Notes under the pieces: generated by a model
What the model was told of the DNA's origin: nothing
The model's input: only the letters and a program-made list of their open reading frames with translations
Databases searched by the model: none
Translations under genes and position numbers: made by a program
Origin: Acidobacteriota bacterium
GTDB lineage: Bacteria > Acidobacteriota > Vicinamibacteria > Vicinamibacterales > JACPPN01
Length of the DNA stretch: 53,860 nucleotides
Direction: 5' to 3'
Assembly: GCA_016190995.1 (NCBI GenBank)
Contig: JACPPN010000241.1
Location: 1-53,860, forward strand
Shown: positions 42,293-52,117 of the stretch, piece after piece
Numbering within the stretch: the first letter of the stretch is position 1
Layout: each line of letters opens with the position of its first letter

Positions 42293-43387
42293 ATGCACTC
42301 GGCACGCTTGCGTGTGATGTTCGCGGGAGGAGGCACGGGCGGCCACCTCTATCCCGCGATTGCCGTCGCGCGCGCGCTCGAGCGGCGCGCGCCGGACGCC
42401 GGGATCTCGTTCGTCGGAACCGCAGCGGGCATCGAGGGCCGCGTCGTTCCCCGCGAAGGGTTTCCGCTCGACGTCATCCGCAGCGCCGGGCTGAAAGGCA
42501 AGTCGATGATCGCCTTGGCGCGGGGCCTGCTGCTTCTGCCGGCCAGCGCGATCGACGCGTGGCGGGTGATCTCGCGGCGCGATCCCGATCTCGTGGTTGG
42601 CGCAGGGGGCTACAGCTCAGGGCCTATTGTGCTGCTCGCGGCGTTGCGCGGCATTCCGACGTTGCTCCTCGAGCAGAATGCCGTGCCCGGGCTGACGAAT
42701 CGCACGCTCGCGCGGTTCGTGGACGCGGCGGCGGTGACCTACGACGTCACGCTGCCGTACTTTCGAGGGAAAGGCTTTGTCAGCGGCAACCCGGTCCGGC
42801 CGGAATTCCTGGAGGCCAATGACCAACCAGAACCGGCACGCGATGCGACAGAGGTCCTGATCGTTGGGGGCTCTCAGGGCGCGCACGTCATCAACATGGC
42901 CATGGTGGAGGCGGCGCCGCGGCTGGCATCCCGGCCTCTTGGCCTCGCCATTGCGCATCAAACGGGCGACCGCGATCTGGCGCTGGTCCGTGAGGCGTAC
43001 CAGCGCACCGGCCTGGCCGCTCGGGTGGACCCGTTCCTCTTCCGGATGGGTGAGGAAATGAGACGCGCGAGCGTCATCATCAGCCGCGCGGGCGCGACGA
43101 CGCTGGCGGAGCTCGCGGTGGCCGGCCGGCCCGCGATTCTGATCCCGTTCGGGGCGGCCACCGACGATCATCAGCGGAAGAACGCGGCGGTGCTCGCGCG
43201 CGCGGGCGCAGCCGAGGTGATCGACGAGCGCGATCTGACGGGCACGGTCCTGGCCGATCGGATCTTGGCGCTGGTCGCCGACGATGCACGGCGTGCCCGG
43301 ATGGCGGAAGCGATGCGTCGCTTCGCGCGACCCGACGCGGCGGATGTCGTCGCCGATCGCGCGCTGCAGCTGGCCGCGGCCACGTGA
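42293..43387 (+). CDS. murG: UDP-GlcNAc:lipid I GlcNAc transferase MurG
   Basis: 'VMFAGGGTGGHLYPAIAVA', 'GGYSSGPIVLLAA' and 'ISRAGATTLAELAVAGRPAILIPF..ATDDHQRKNA' are present. Confidence 0.9.
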   Translation: MHSARLRVMFAGGGTGGHLYPAIAVARALERRAPDAGISFVGTAAGIEGRVVPREGFPLDVIRSAGLKGKSMIALARGLLLLPASAIDAWRVISRRDPDLVVGAGGYSSGPIVLLAALRGIPTLLLEQNAVPGLTNRTLARFVDAAAVTYDVTLPYFRGKGFVSGNPVRPEFLEANDQPEPARDATEVLIVGGSQGAHVINMAMVEAAPRLASRPLGLAIAHQTGDRDLALVREAYQRTGLAARVDPFLFRMGEEMRRASVIISRAGATTLAELAVAGRPAILIPFGAATDDHQRKNAAVLARAGAAEVIDERDLTGTVLADRILALVADDARRARMAEAMRRFARPDAADVVADRALQLAAAT

Positions 43388-43481
43388 TTCGCCTGGCACG
43401 CACTCATCGAGCGGCGCACTTGTGAGCGGCACATCGCGGACCAGCACGTCAAGCGGCCGACCCAGGGGGAGGCTCGGGCGT

Positions 43482-44888
43482 GTGCACCGCGTCCACTTCG
43501 TGGGCATTGGTGGCATCGGGATGAGCGCAATCGCCGAACTTCTCGCAGCGCAGGGCTACGACCTCAGTGGGTCCGACGTGCATCCGTCGGAGGTGACCGT
43601 GCGCCTGGCCACGCTCGGCATCAAGGTGCACGACGGTCACGACGCGGCGCACGTCGGCGACGCGGACGTCGTCGTAATCTCGTCCGCGATCCGGCCGTCG
43701 AATCCCGAAGTTGTCGAAGCGACGCGACGCGGCGTTCCGGTCGTGCCGCGCGGCGAGATGCTCGCCGCACTGATGCGGCAGCAGGAAGGCATCGCCATCG
43801 GCGGCGCTCACGGCAAGACGACGACGACCGCGATGATCGCGCTCGTGCTCGAACGGGCGGGGCTGGACCCGACGGCGATCATCGGTGGGCGCGTCGGCGC
43901 CTTCGGCGGCAACGCGCGCCTCGGCCGCGGCGCGTACATGGTCGTCGAGGCGGACGAGAGCGATCGATCGTTTCTGCTCTTGGCGCCGACCATCGCCGTG
44001 ATCACCAACGTCGATCGCGAGCACCTGGAGAACTACGGCACGTTCGACAATCTGCTGCAGGCATTCGTCCGGTTCGCGAACAGCGTGCCGTTTCATGGCG
44101 CGGCGGTCCTGTGCCTCGACAACCCCGCGGTTCGCGCCATGCGGCCGAAGATCGCGCGCCGAGTCATTTCGTACGGGCTGGACGCGGACGCGGCGGAATT
44201 CACCGCCGATCAGCTGGAGCAGGAGGCCTTCGGCGTCAGTGGGCGTGTGCTCCGTCGCGTGGGGCGATCGGCATCGGAAGAGCGGCTCGGCCGGATCTCC
44301 CTTCAGATTCCCGGCCGTCACAACTTGCAGAACGCGCTCGCGGCGGTCGCGGTCGCCTTCGAGCTCGGCATCCCGTTCGACACGGTCGCCGCGGCGCTGG
44401 CGGACTTTCGCGGAGCCGAGCGTCGGTTCCAGCTCCGCGGCGAGGCGGGTGGCGTTCTCGTCGTGGACGACTACGGTCACCACCCCACGGAGATTCTGGC
44501 GGTCATCGAGGCTGCACGTTCGGGCCTGAAACGGCGCGTCGTCGTGGTGTTCCAGCCGCATCGGTACTCCCGGACCATTCGACTGCTCGACGAGTTCGGC
44601 GCCGCCTTGTCGGGCGCCGACGAGATCGTGCTGACGGAGATCTATGCAGCTTCTGAAGACCCGATTCCCGGCGCGACCGTCGACGCGATCGCCTCTGCCG
44701 TTCGACGCTTGACCTCCAAGCCCGTGCACGTCGTCCGAGACCTGAAGGACGTCCCGGGTGCCGTGTGTGCGATCGCCCGACCGGGCGATCTGGTGATCAC
44801 GCTCGGCGCCGGCTCTATTGGAACGATCGGCGAGAGGATTCTCGACGAGCTGAAGAGGCGCCCGCCTGATTCGGGAGCGAGGCCCTGA
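43482..44888 (+). CDS. murC: UDP-MurNAc:L-Ala ligase MurC
   Basis: A GTG at 43482 lies 9 nt after 'GGGGGAGG'; the track ORF from 43284 overlaps murG. 'VHFVGIGGIGMSAIAELL', 'IAIGGAHGKTTTTAM' and 'VDDYGHHPTEI' are present. Confidence 0.9.
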   Translation: MHRVHFVGIGGIGMSAIAELLAAQGYDLSGSDVHPSEVTVRLATLGIKVHDGHDAAHVGDADVVVISSAIRPSNPEVVEATRRGVPVVPRGEMLAALMRQQEGIAIGGAHGKTTTTAMIALVLERAGLDPTAIIGGRVGAFGGNARLGRGAYMVVEADESDRSFLLLAPTIAVITNVDREHLENYGTFDNLLQAFVRFANSVPFHGAAVLCLDNPAVRAMRPKIARRVISYGLDADAAEFTADQLEQEAFGVSGRVLRRVGRSASEERLGRISLQIPGRHNLQNALAAVAVAFELGIPFDTVAAALADFRGAERRFQLRGEAGGVLVVDDYGHHPTEILAVIEAARSGLKRRVVVVFQPHRYSRTIRLLDEFGAALSGADEIVLTEIYAASEDPIPGATVDAIASAVRRLTSKPVHVVRDLKDVPGAVCAIARPGDLVITLGAGSIGTIGERILDELKRRPPDSGARP

Positions 44889-45763
44889 TGCCCGTCCCTG
44901 CACCAGCCGATCGCCGTTTTCGTCGTGCCCAGTTGCGGCCTGTGCGGGCGCACCGAACCGGCTTCGTTCGGCCTCTGCTCGGTGCGCTGAAGCGTGTGAT
45001 CACGCTTGCCGGGATCGGCTTCGCGATCTATCTGACAGGCAGGACCGTGTTGTACGGCTCCGCGTTCCAGATTCGGACGATCGTCGTCGGTGGGAACGCG
45101 CGCATGTCGATGGGCGAGGTCAACGCCGTCCTCGCCGGGATGCGCGATCGCAACATCCTCACGACCGATCTCGATTGGTGGCGCCAGCGGCTGCTGGCGT
45201 CGCCGTGGGTGGCGGACGCCGAGCTGCGGCGCGTGCTGCCCTCAACCGTCGAGGTGGCGATCGTCGAGCGGCGGCCGGTCGGCGTCGGCCGCCTGACGAA
45301 CGCGCTCTACCTGATCGACGTCCAGGGCGTCGTGATTGACGATTTCGGTCCGCAATATGCGGACCTGGACCTGCCGATCATCGATGGTCTCGTCCCGGCG
45401 CCGACCGGTGAGGCGGCGGCAGTCGACGGCCGGCGCGCGGCGCTGGCGGCGCGCCTGCTCGACGCGCTCGGGCGGAGGCCCGATCTGGCTCGACGCATCT
45501 CCCAGATCGACGTCTCGGACGAACACGACGCCGTCGTGATTCTCGACGGCGACTCCGCGCTCGTGCACGTTGGCGAGGACCAGTTCCTCGAGCGGGTGCG
45601 GGCGTACGTGGAGCTGGCGCCCACCCTTCGCCAGCGGGTGGCGGAAATCGACTACGTCGACATGCGTTTCGGCGAACGTGTGTACGTCCGGCCCCTGGGT
45701 GAAGGGCCCGGCCCGGACGGAGCGGTCGCGACGTCCGGGACGAAGGACCGCAGGCGCTTCTAG
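44888..45763 (+). CDS. ftsQ: Cell division protein FtsQ (POTRA domain)
   Basis: It has the N-terminal TM segment 'VITLAGIGFAIYLTG'. The POTRA-like region is 'IVVGGNARMSMGEVNAVLA...LLASPWVADAELRRVLPSTVEVAIVERRPVG'. It overlaps murC by 1 nt. Confidence 0.85.
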   Translation: MPVPAPADRRFRRAQLRPVRAHRTGFVRPLLGALKRVITLAGIGFAIYLTGRTVLYGSAFQIRTIVVGGNARMSMGEVNAVLAGMRDRNILTTDLDWWRQRLLASPWVADAELRRVLPSTVEVAIVERRPVGVGRLTNALYLIDVQGVVIDDFGPQYADLDLPIIDGLVPAPTGEAAAVDGRRAALAARLLDALGRRPDLARRISQIDVSDEHDAVVILDGDSALVHVGEDQFLERVRAYVELAPTLRQRVAEIDYVDMRFGERVYVRPLGEGPGPDGAVATSGTKDRRRF

Positions 45764-45784
45764 CTTGATCGACCCGGAGGGTGT

Positions 45785-47020
45785 GTGTCCCGCAGGGAAC
45801 GTTATCTGGTTGGGCTCGACGTCGGGACGTCCAAAGTCGCCGCCATTGTGGGCGAGATGCTCGACGATGGCGCGCTCGACATCATTGGTCTGGGGACCGC
45901 GGACTCGCAGGGCATTCGTCGTGGGGTCGTGGTGAACCTCGAGCTGGCCGTCGACTCGATCAAGAAAGCGATCGACGAAGCGGAGCTGACGGCGGGGATC
46001 GAGATTGATTCCGTGCATCTCGGCTTGTCGGGCGCGCACGTCAAAGGCTTCAACAGCCGCGGCGTGGTGGCGGTCGCGGGCAAGAACCGCGAAATCACGC
46101 GCGAGGACGTCCGCCGCGCCATCGACGCGGCGAAGGGGGTGGCGCTTCCGAGCGGGCGTGAAATCCTCCACGTGCTTCCGCAGGACTTCGTCGTCGATGA
46201 ACAGGACGGGATCGGCGCGCCGATCGGGATGACCGGCGCGCGCCTCGAAGTCAACGTCCACATCGTGACGGGCAGCGCGTCGTCCACGCAGAACATCGTC
46301 GCGTGCGTCAATCGCGCGGGCGTCACGGTGCTCGATACCGTGCTCGAGCAGCTCGCGGCCAGCGAAGCGGTTCTGACCGCTGACGAGAAAGAGCTTGGGG
46401 TCGCCCTCGTCGACATCGGCGGTGGCACGACCGACTTCGCCATCTTCGAGCGCGGCAGCCTGTGGCATACGGGAGTCCTCGCCATCGGCGGCGATCACTT
46501 CACCAACGACATCGCCGTGGGCCTGCGCACGCCGATTCCTGACGCGGAAAAGATCAAGCGCCGCTGCGGCTGCGCGTTGTCCGCCATGGTCGACGAGGAA
46601 GAAACCATGGAAGTGGCGAGCGTCGGCGGACGCAAGCCGCGCGTCATGTCGCGCCGCATCCTGGCGGACATTCTTCAGCCCCGCGCCGAAGAGATCTTCC
46701 ATCTGCTGTGGGATGAGATTCGGCGGGCCGGCTACGAGAAGTCCCTCAATTCCGGAATCGTGCTGACAGGCGGGGCCCCCATCCTCGACGGAATGGCCGA
46801 GATCGCCGAGCAGATCTTCGATCTCCCGATTCGCCGCGGATGTCCGGCGGGCGTCGGCGGCCTCGCGGATCACGTCAACAGCCCGGCGTTCGCGACGGCG
46901 GTCGGGCTGGTCATGTACGCGCACCGCAACCACATCGGGGAGCCCGCGCGCCTCATCGGCGCGGGCGCGTTCGGGCGCGTCGCGGGACGGCTCCGGGGTC
47001 TGTTCAAGGAGTTCTTCTAA
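45785..47020 (+). CDS. ftsA: Cell division protein FtsA (actin-like ATPase)
   Basis: 'LVGLDVGTSKVAAIVGE', 'ALVDIGGGTTDFAIF' and 'GIVLTGGAPILDGMAEIAE' are present. Confidence 0.95.
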   Translation: MSRRERYLVGLDVGTSKVAAIVGEMLDDGALDIIGLGTADSQGIRRGVVVNLELAVDSIKKAIDEAELTAGIEIDSVHLGLSGAHVKGFNSRGVVAVAGKNREITREDVRRAIDAAKGVALPSGREILHVLPQDFVVDEQDGIGAPIGMTGARLEVNVHIVTGSASSTQNIVACVNRAGVTVLDTVLEQLAASEAVLTADEKELGVALVDIGGGTTDFAIFERGSLWHTGVLAIGGDHFTNDIAVGLRTPIPDAEKIKRRCGCALSAMVDEEETMEVASVGGRKPRVMSRRILADILQPRAEEIFHLLWDEIRRAGYEKSLNSGIVLTGGAPILDGMAEIAEQIFDLPIRRGCPAGVGGLADHVNSPAFATAVGLVMYAHRNHIGEPARLIGAGAFGRVAGRLRGLFKEFF

Positions 47021-47077
47021 TCGGCGGAGTCCTCGAATCGACAGCGGCGCGCGTCGGCGCGCCATGGAGGCCACGAC

Positions 47078-48355
47078 ATGGCAGATCGTCATGAGATCGG
47101 GATCGCGGGCGGAAACGGCAGGCCGGAGGGCGTCAACCCCCTCCGACTGACGCTTGCCGACGAAAGCCGCGCCGGCGCCCGCATCAAGGTGATCGGGGTG
47201 GGTGGCGGCGGCAGCAATGCCGTCAACCGGATGGTGCGGACGGGCCTCGAGGGTGTCGAGTTCATCGTGGCCAACACGGACGTACAGGCGCTGCGCCTGA
47301 ACGCCGCGCCCATGAAGCTGCAGATCGGCGCGAAGCTCACCAAGGGCCTGGGCGCGGGGGCCGACCCCAACATCGGGCGTCAGGCCGCGCTCGAGGACAC
47401 CGAAAAGCTGATCGAAGCCCTCGACGGCGCCGACATGGTGTTTGTGACGACGGGGCTCGGCGGCGGGACGGGCACCGGCGCCGCGCCGGTGGTCGCGAGC
47501 CTCGCGAGCGAGCTGGGCGCGTTGACGATTGCGGTCGTGACGAAGCCGTTCGTCTTCGAGGGGAAAAAGCGCATGCTGCAGGCGGAGAACGGCTTGAAGG
47601 AGCTGCGCGACTGTGTGGACACTGTCATCACGATTCCCAACGAACGTTTACTCTCCACGATCAATCGTTCGACGCCCCTGACCGAGGCGTTCGCCGCCGC
47701 CGACGATGTGCTGCGTCAGGCCATCCAGGGTATCTCCGACCTGATCCTCGTCCCGGGGCTGATCAACCTCGACTTCGCCGACGTGAAGACCATCATGGCT
47801 GGGATGGGGATGGCCATCATGGGCACGGGCAATGGCGAAGGCGACGGCCGCGCGATCGAGGCGGCCAACCGCGCCATTTCGAGCCCGCTGCTCGAGGATG
47901 CCTCGGTGAACGGCGCGCGTGGCGTGATCATCAACGTCACGGGCGGCGCCGACCTGTCGTTGATGGAAGTCAGCGAGGCATCCTCCATCATTCATCAGGC
48001 GGCGCACGAGGACGCCAACATCATCTTCGGGGCCGTGGTCGATCCGCGGATGGAAGGACGCATCAAGATCACCGTCATCGCCACCGGCTTCGACAAGGCG
48101 CCGGAAAAAACAGCGAAGGCTTCCACGTCGAATACCCCGGTCGACCTGCAGAACTATGCCGCGTGGCGGCAGGAACCCACCGCTGAGCGGACCACGACGC
48201 CCCGCCTGTCCTTCGGTCGCCGGCCCGTGCTCGAGCTGCCGGTGGCGGTAAATGGCTGGGGCGACAACAAGCCGCTCGCCTCGACTGGAGGCGAGCTCGA
48301 CATCGGGTCGTCGTCGCTCGATATCCCTGCCTTTCTGCGGCGTCAGTCCGACTGA
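47078..48355 (+). CDS. ftsZ: Cell division GTPase FtsZ
   Basis: '[17 protein letters not shown]', the tubulin signature '[17 protein letters not shown]', and the conserved C-terminal peptide '[12 protein letters not shown]' are present. Confidence 0.97.
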   Translation: MADRHEIGIAGGNGRPEGVNPLRLTLADESRAGARIKVIGVGGGGSNAVNRMVRTGLEGVEFIVANTDVQALRLNAAPMKLQIGAKLTKGLGAGADPNIGRQAALEDTEKLIEALDGADMVFVTTGLGGGTGTGAAPVVASLASELGALTIAVVTKPFVFEGKKRMLQAENGLKELRDCVDTVITIPNERLLSTINRSTPLTEAFAAADDVLRQAIQGISDLILVPGLINLDFADVKTIMAGMGMAIMGTGNGEGDGRAIEAANRAISSPLLEDASVNGARGVIINVTGGADLSLMEVSEASSIIHQAAHEDANIIFGAVVDPRMEGRIKITVIATGFDKAPEKTAKASTSNTPVDLQNYAAWRQEPTAERTTTPRLSFGRRPVLELPVAVNGWGDNKPLASTGGELDIGSSSLDIPAFLRRQSD

Positions 48356-48623
48356 GGACACGGCGCCTTCAAAACAACAACTGGTGCGCGGCCCCCGACG
48401 CCCTCTCGTGCGGCGGCGCGGGCGCGTTGTGCGCGATTTCGGAAACCAGTGCCTCGTCATGCGTCGCGCCTGCCGATTGATCGCCCTGTTCCTCGTCCGG
48501 GGTGGATCGGCGCGCATGGTAGACTAAATAGATCCATCGGACACGCGAACGGCGACGCCGGAGACGCATCCGGACGATTGTGGTAGCTCGAGGTCGCGTC
48601 ATGAGCAAAGCTCTCGGTCATTC

Positions 48624-50369
48624 ATGAAATCATGGCCCCAGCGTGAGCGCGCTCGGGACATGCTCGCGCGCGAAATCGGCTACGTGACGAAGCCGCCGGG
48701 GACCCGGCTGCGCATCGCGCTGGCATTCCCGAACACGTATTTCGTCGGCATGTCGAATCTCGGCTTTCAGACGGTCTACCGCCTGTTCAACGCCGATGAG
48801 GACGTCGCGTGCGAACGGGTGTTTCTGCCGCCGAAGCAGGAGCTGCAGGCGCTGCTGGCGGCGGGTCAACGAGTCGTCACGCTGGAGTCGCAGACACCGG
48901 TCTCGGACTTCGACGTCATCGCGTTCTCGGTTTCGTTCGAGTGGGATTACACGAACGTCCTGACGATGCTCCGGCTTGCGGGACTCCCGATGCATGCGGC
49001 GGAGCGCACCCTCCGGCACCCACTCGTTGTGCTCGGGGGCGCGGTCACGTTCGTCAATCCCGAACCGCTCGCTCCCTTCGTCGACGTCGTGGCCGCAGGG
49101 GAAGGGGAGGCGCTCGTTCCCGCGTTCATCCGCAACGCGGTGGCATCGACGAGTCGCGCCGATCTGCTGCGACGGCTCGCGGCCGAGCGCGGCTTCTATG
49201 TCCCTGCGTTCTACGCCGTTCGCTATTCACGAGACGGGACGATCGAACGATTCGAAGCAAACGAGCGTGCAGGCGCGCCGCCGGTCGTTCAGAAGGCGGC
49301 AATCAGGTCGACCGAGCGGATTGATCCACCGTCGACGTCAATCTTCACGCCGGAGACCGAGTTCGGCTCCAGGTTTCTCGTGGAGGTCGTCCGCGGCTGC
49401 GCAAATCTCTGCCGGTTCTGCTGGGCCGGGTACAACTATCTGCCTGTTCGCGCGTTCCCCACTGAACGCATCGTCGCGCTGGCCGAGCAGGCCCGCCCGT
49501 ACTCGGCGCGCGTGGGCCTCGTCTCCATTGCGCTCTGCGATCATCCGGACATCGAAGAGATCCTGCGGCGCCTCGTTGCCATGGGTTACAGCGTCAGCCC
49601 CGCGTCGCTGCGGCTCGACGACCTCACCCCAACCATCGTTGCGCTGCTCAGGCAGAGTGGAGAGCGCACCCTGACCATCGCCCCGGAGACCGGCTCCGAT
49701 CGGCTGCGTCGCGTGATCAACAAGACCGTCACGAACGACGAGATCCTCGATCGGGCCGAGCTCATCTTTTCGAGCGGCATCGAGAACCTGAAGCTGTACT
49801 TCATGATCGGGCTGCCGACTGAAACGGACGAGGACCTGGTGGCGATCCGCGATCTGACAAGTCGACTGCGCCACACGATGATGAAGCACGCGCGAACGCG
49901 GGGGCGCGCGGGACGGATCGTCGCGAGCGTCAATCCGCTTATCCCCAAGCCGGGCACGGCCTATCAGTGGCTGCCGATGACCGACCCGCGATCGATCGGC
50001 GCGAAAACGAGACGGCTGCGGTCTCTCGTTGCCGATCTCGACAACGTCTACGTCAACATCAAGTCCGAGCGGCACTCGTACTACCAGGCGCTGCTGTCGC
50101 TCGGCGATCGCCGTGTGGCTCCCACCATCGTGGCAGCCGAACGCAACGGCGGCGACTGGCGCCAAGCGCTGGCGGAAACGCGGGTGAACGCCGCCTTCTA
50201 CGTCTTTCGCGACCGCAGCGGTGACGCCATCCTGCCCTGGGACATCATCGACGGCGGGATGAAGCGCTCGTTCTTCCAAGCCGAATTCGACAAGGCGCTT
50301 CGTGCCGAATGGACGCTTCCCCCGAAGCGGCAGCGTGAAAACGCCAGGCTCCTGCCAGTCTTGAGCTGA
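48624..50369 (+). CDS. Radical SAM protein with N-terminal B12-binding-like domain (TIGR03960-like uncharacterised family)
   Basis: 'RIALAFPNTYFVGMSNLGFQTVYRLFN' matches the characteristic N-terminus of that family. The CX3CX2C motif is 'VVRGCANLCRFCWAG'. Confidence 0.8.
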   Translation: MKSWPQRERARDMLAREIGYVTKPPGTRLRIALAFPNTYFVGMSNLGFQTVYRLFNADEDVACERVFLPPKQELQALLAAGQRVVTLESQTPVSDFDVIAFSVSFEWDYTNVLTMLRLAGLPMHAAERTLRHPLVVLGGAVTFVNPEPLAPFVDVVAAGEGEALVPAFIRNAVASTSRADLLRRLAAERGFYVPAFYAVRYSRDGTIERFEANERAGAPPVVQKAAIRSTERIDPPSTSIFTPETEFGSRFLVEVVRGCANLCRFCWAGYNYLPVRAFPTERIVALAEQARPYSARVGLVSIALCDHPDIEEILRRLVAMGYSVSPASLRLDDLTPTIVALLRQSGERTLTIAPETGSDRLRRVINKTVTNDEILDRAELIFSSGIENLKLYFMIGLPTETDEDLVAIRDLTSRLRHTMMKHARTRGRAGRIVASVNPLIPKPGTAYQWLPMTDPRSIGAKTRRLRSLVADLDNVYVNIKSERHSYYQALLSLGDRRVAPTIVAAERNGGDWRQALAETRVNAAFYVFRDRSGDAILPWDIIDGGMKRSFFQAEFDKALRAEWTLPPKRQRENARLLPVLS

Positions 50370-50373
50370 CCCG

Positions 50374-50676
50374 TCAGCTCGCGACCGCAGCCTGCTCCTC
50401 GAATTCCCGGTACGCCGCCAGGATCTGGTCCCTCAAACGCTCCTGCGCGGTCGTGTCCACCACCGGCCGCAGCAACGCGAAGCTGCGCCGCTCTCCGTTG
50501 ACCGTGAACTGCCGGGCAGGGAACGTGACGTTGCGGCCTGCGCCGTTGCGGCGTTCCCAGATGCCGAAGCCAATCAGCTTCAGGCCGTCGAGCGCGCCGT
50601 CGCTGAAATGCAGCTCGGCGTCGGCGAGCTTGCCGGGAGGGTTGCCTTTCTCATTCGGTACGATCTTGACCACCAT
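50374..50676 (-). CDS. Small hypothetical protein, possibly SpoVG-like fold
   Basis: The likely start is the ATG at 50676, 8 nt after GGAG. 'KLADAELHFSDGALDGLKLIGFGIWERRNGAGRNVTFPARQFTVNGERRSFALLRPV...RLRDQILAAYREF' loosely parallels the SpoVG layout. The similarity is weak and judged by eye. Confidence 0.5.
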   Translation of the reverse strand: MVVKIVPNEKGNPPGKLADAELHFSDGALDGLKLIGFGIWERRNGAGRNVTFPARQFTVNGERRSFALLRPVVDTTAQERLRDQILAAYREFEEQAAVAS

Positions 50677-50895
50677 GACGTGCGCTCCGTTTGTGTGGGA
50701 ACTCGCGGCGCCACGCGCCGCGTGCTCATGACGAGGCAGGCGCCGGCAGGCAGGGGGCAAGGAGTGGGCCACAGCCGGGGCGCGATCCGGCGACCGCGGA
50801 AGTTGTTGGACAACCGCGAGATGCGCATGAGGTTCAAGCCAGGCTGGTGTGTGCCGGTGTCGGATCCTCCGCTCCCTGACAACCGGAGTTGCGCG

Positions 50896-51276
50896 TCAGG
50901 CGCCGAGGAAGACGACTTGGGCGATGGCGAGCGTCTCGGAATGTGTGATCGTGAGCAGCGACGATCGCGCGTGGAGGCCTTCGAACCAGGTGGCCGCTGC
51001 GCCGTGAAACTGGAGTTGCGGAGGGCCGCCCGAGCGGACGACCTCGATGTCACGCCAAAGCACGCCTCGTGAGTGGCCGGTGCCGAGTGCCTTCATGGCG
51101 GCTTCCTTAGCCGCGAACCTGCCGGCAAAATGCGGCGCCGGATTCCGACGCCGCAGGCAGTACGCGATCTCGCCTTCCGTGAAGACGCGACGGTAGAAGC
51201 GCTCGCCGAAGCGCTGGATGGTCTGCTCGACGCGGGAAATATCGGTGGCGTCAAGGCCGATTGCAACGATGTTCAT
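50896..51276 (-). CDS. acpS: Holo-[acyl-carrier-protein] synthase (4'-phosphopantetheinyl transferase)
   Basis: 126 aa. 'IVAIGLDATDISRVEQ', 'VFTEGEIAYC', 'FAGRFAAKEAAMKALGTG' and 'LTITHSETLAIAQVV' are present. Confidence 0.85.
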   Translation of the reverse strand: MNIVAIGLDATDISRVEQTIQRFGERFYRRVFTEGEIAYCLRRRNPAPHFAGRFAAKEAAMKALGTGHSRGVLWRDIEVVRSGGPPQLQFHGAAATWFEGLHARSSLLTITHSETLAIAQVVFLGA

Positions 51277-51337
51277 GAAGTAGAGTACGCGGAGGCCTCA
51301 CGATGATTCGGTACCCGAGCCGACGCGCTGAGGGCGA

Positions 51338-52111
51338 ATGATCCCGCACGAACAGCCTAACGACGCTTTCGCCTGGGTGCAAGAGCCGTGGGGCCCGGCG
51401 CTCAGGTGCGTGCTGCTGGCGCGTATCGCGGACCACTTCTTCACGACCCGTGCGCCGCTCGGCGCCGGTCCCGCTGGCACAGACCGGTGGGAGCCTGTCG
51501 CGCAGTCGATCGGGGTCGCCGCCTCGTGCCTAGCCCGCGTGCGGCAGGTGCACGGCGCCCACGTACTCATCGTTTCTCGGTCCAACGTACCATCCCTCGG
51601 CTCCGCCAGCGCGGATGCGCTGGTCACCGACGACCCAGCCGTGGCATTGGCGGTGAGGGTGGCCGATTGCGTGGCGATCCTGGCGGCTGACGCGCGAACG
51701 GGCGTTGTGGCGGCTGCCCATGCAGGATGGCGGGGGACGGCGGCGGGGGTGGGCCTCGCGGCCATCGAGGCCATGACCCGGCTCGGCGCGCGACCAGACG
51801 AGGTTGTCGCGGCAATCGGTCCCAGCATCGGACCGTGCTGCTACGAGGTGGGCGACGAGGTGGCTGCCGCGTTCCAGCACGAAGCCGCACGGCTCGGTGG
51901 GGTCGGCGGCTGGTTTAGGCGCAGTGAGGGCAAGCTGCGCCTCGACCTGTGGACCGCCACGACCGATCAACTCGCGCGGGCGGGGGTGAGACGCGAGAAC
52001 GTTCACCTCTCCGGCCTCTGCACGGCGATGAATCTCGATCTGTTTTTTTCCTACCGCGCGGAAGGTTCGGTCACCGGACGCATGGCTGGCGTCATCCGCA
52101 AGCGTTCCTGA
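51338..52111 (+). CDS. pgeF: Peptidoglycan editing factor PgeF / YfiH (Cu-oxidase_4, DUF152)
   Basis: 'DALVTDDPAVALAVRVADCVAILA', 'AAAHAGWRGTAAGV', 'IGPSIGPCCYEVG' and 'CT....LFFSYR' contain the conserved His/Cys/His blocks. Confidence 0.85.
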   Translation: MIPHEQPNDAFAWVQEPWGPALRCVLLARIADHFFTTRAPLGAGPAGTDRWEPVAQSIGVAASCLARVRQVHGAHVLIVSRSNVPSLGSASADALVTDDPAVALAVRVADCVAILAADARTGVVAAAHAGWRGTAAGVGLAAIEAMTRLGARPDEVVAAIGPSIGPCCYEVGDEVAAAFQHEAARLGGVGGWFRRSEGKLRLDLWTATTDQLARAGVRRENVHLSGLCTAMNLDLFFSYRAEGSVTGRMAGVIRKRS

Positions 52112-52117
52112 GGGCCG

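Noticed and set aside
41105-47092. Long minus-strand ORFs 41105-42346, 42617-43516, 43449-44903 and 45242-47092, antisense to ftsW, murG, murC, ftsQ and ftsA
   Set aside because: All are Arg/Asp/His-rich shadow frames opposite strongly recognisable dcw genes.
48356-48623. ORFs 48252-48527 (+) and 48369-48608 (-) in the ftsZ/radical SAM spacer
   Set aside because: They are short, have biased composition and lack an SD. The region contains an AT-rich patch ('ggtagactaaatagatcc') that is more consistent with a promoter for the downstream gene.
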